Below the pieces are notes generated by a model, which searched no databases, was not told where the DNA came from, and saw nothing but the letters and a program-made list of their open reading frames with translations. 64,000 nucleotides of DNA from Pavona decussata. Its lineage: Eukaryota. The stretch is taken from NCBI GenBank assembly GCA_977016875.1, contig CDRNST010000067.1:1674001-1738000 (forward strand). Reading direction: 5' to 3'. The translations under genes and the position numbers were made by a program. Positions 63,134 through 64,000 of this stretch are shown here, piece by piece; within the stretch, counting starts at the first letter, position 1; every line of letters starts with the position of its first letter.

Positions 63134-63642
63134 AATAGACCTTATCATGGTTTTGGAAGCCATCTTGATGGCTAGGCAAACACATCTTGAAATAACGGAG
63201 TTTGTATGGAAATCCGATGTCGAATAATTTTCATAAAACATTGCTGGTGCTTCTGAAAAATTCATGAATTGGAAACTTTAGGCACTAGGTAAAGGATTTT
63301 ACAGAAAATAACTGAGGAATGTAGCTGTGCTAGAAAGCATCTAGTTGCATTTTGACATTTCCATACATTTTGTCTGTAAATCTTTCCCAGTGAACCAGCT
63401 GTAAACTGCTATTAAAAATAGTTTGCAGGAATAAATACAGGGAAATGTATGGGAAGTCCAAAACACGACTGGACAATTTCTGGTACAGCTTCATCCCTCC
63501 AATTTTTTTTCCTTAAAATCCTCTTCCTAGTGCCAAAAGTTTCCTATTCATGAATTATCGTTCAGAACTGAAGCAAAGTTTTATGATTTCCATACAAACA
63601 CTGTTATTTCAAGACGTGCTTGCCTACCCATCAAGATGGCTT
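63134..63642. mobile_element. Palindromic MITE, same family as 38217-38740, opposite orientation
   Basis: Shared arms (TTCTGAAAAATTCATGAATTGGAAACTTT.GGCACTA, CAAAACACGACTGGA). The central spacer is the reverse complement of the 38450-38520 spacer. Confidence 0.85.
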
Positions 63643-63657
63643 ACTGGTATTATATAG

Positions 63658-64000
63658 CTAGTATATGTAACCACAGTGCCTGAAATAGTTCACAGAATGA
63701 GTTGCAGTAATGCTGTTTAAGGAATCCATTATTGCCATCTCTGTATACTCCTGTGAATATAACTCATTTTGTCTCAGCCCCTCTTTCATCTGATGAAAAC
63801 AATATTCACAGGTAATATTAATTGAGATTGGGTGAATATGGACGCTGAAATAGTAATGTGACTCCCCTCGTGGCAAGCATTGCTCTAAGGGTCCTTTCAG
63901 TAATTCTACTATGATGGAATCCACAATTGTCCATAATGACTGTATCTCCTTCAAGAAAAACCGGAAGACCATTATCCTTTTCACAGTCGTGCATAATCAA
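63658..64000 (-). pseudogene. IS630/Tc1 (L31-like, ~DD37-38E) transposase C-terminus, continuing beyond the window
   Basis: GDTVIMDNCGFHH..GVTLLFQRPYSPNLN / TCEYCFHQMK..YFRHCGYIY*, with a frameshift from an apparent 7-bp insertion near 63815. Confidence 0.85.

Overview
Eukaryotic, AT-rich DNA with GT-AG introns. The repeat repertoire suggests a cnidarian, probably a stony coral (inference, not a taxonomic search). The window is almost entirely nested, mostly decayed transposable elements, and I see no intact conserved host gene. From left to right it holds: a BEL/Pao 3' end, an IS3EU-type transposase remnant, a complete but internally deleted Gypsy element (LTRs, tRNA-Leu PBS, PPT, 4-bp TSD), a PIF1-helicase fusion pseudogene, an AcademH end with a RecQ-like helicase, a multi-exon Ulp1-protease pseudogene, CR1/L2, L1/Tx1 and Penelope LINE fragments, an IS3EU-like terminus followed by a zinc-ribbon/HECT E3 gene with a piggyBac in its intron, an intron-containing IS630/Tc1-like transposase facing a SHOCT-ending gene, a full-length Academ element inserted in an 83-bp minisatellite (itself carrying a SINE and a piggyBac MITE), a Helitron Rep remnant, a Harbinger element, and a second IS630/Tc1 (L31-like) transposase facing a zinc-knuckle/coiled-coil gene. 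The most interesting theme is DNA transposons next to, and possibly carrying, accessory genes (HECT E3, Ulp1, SHOCT, zinc-knuckle, PIF1, RecQ). All family assignments come from motif recognition by eye, and no database searches were run.
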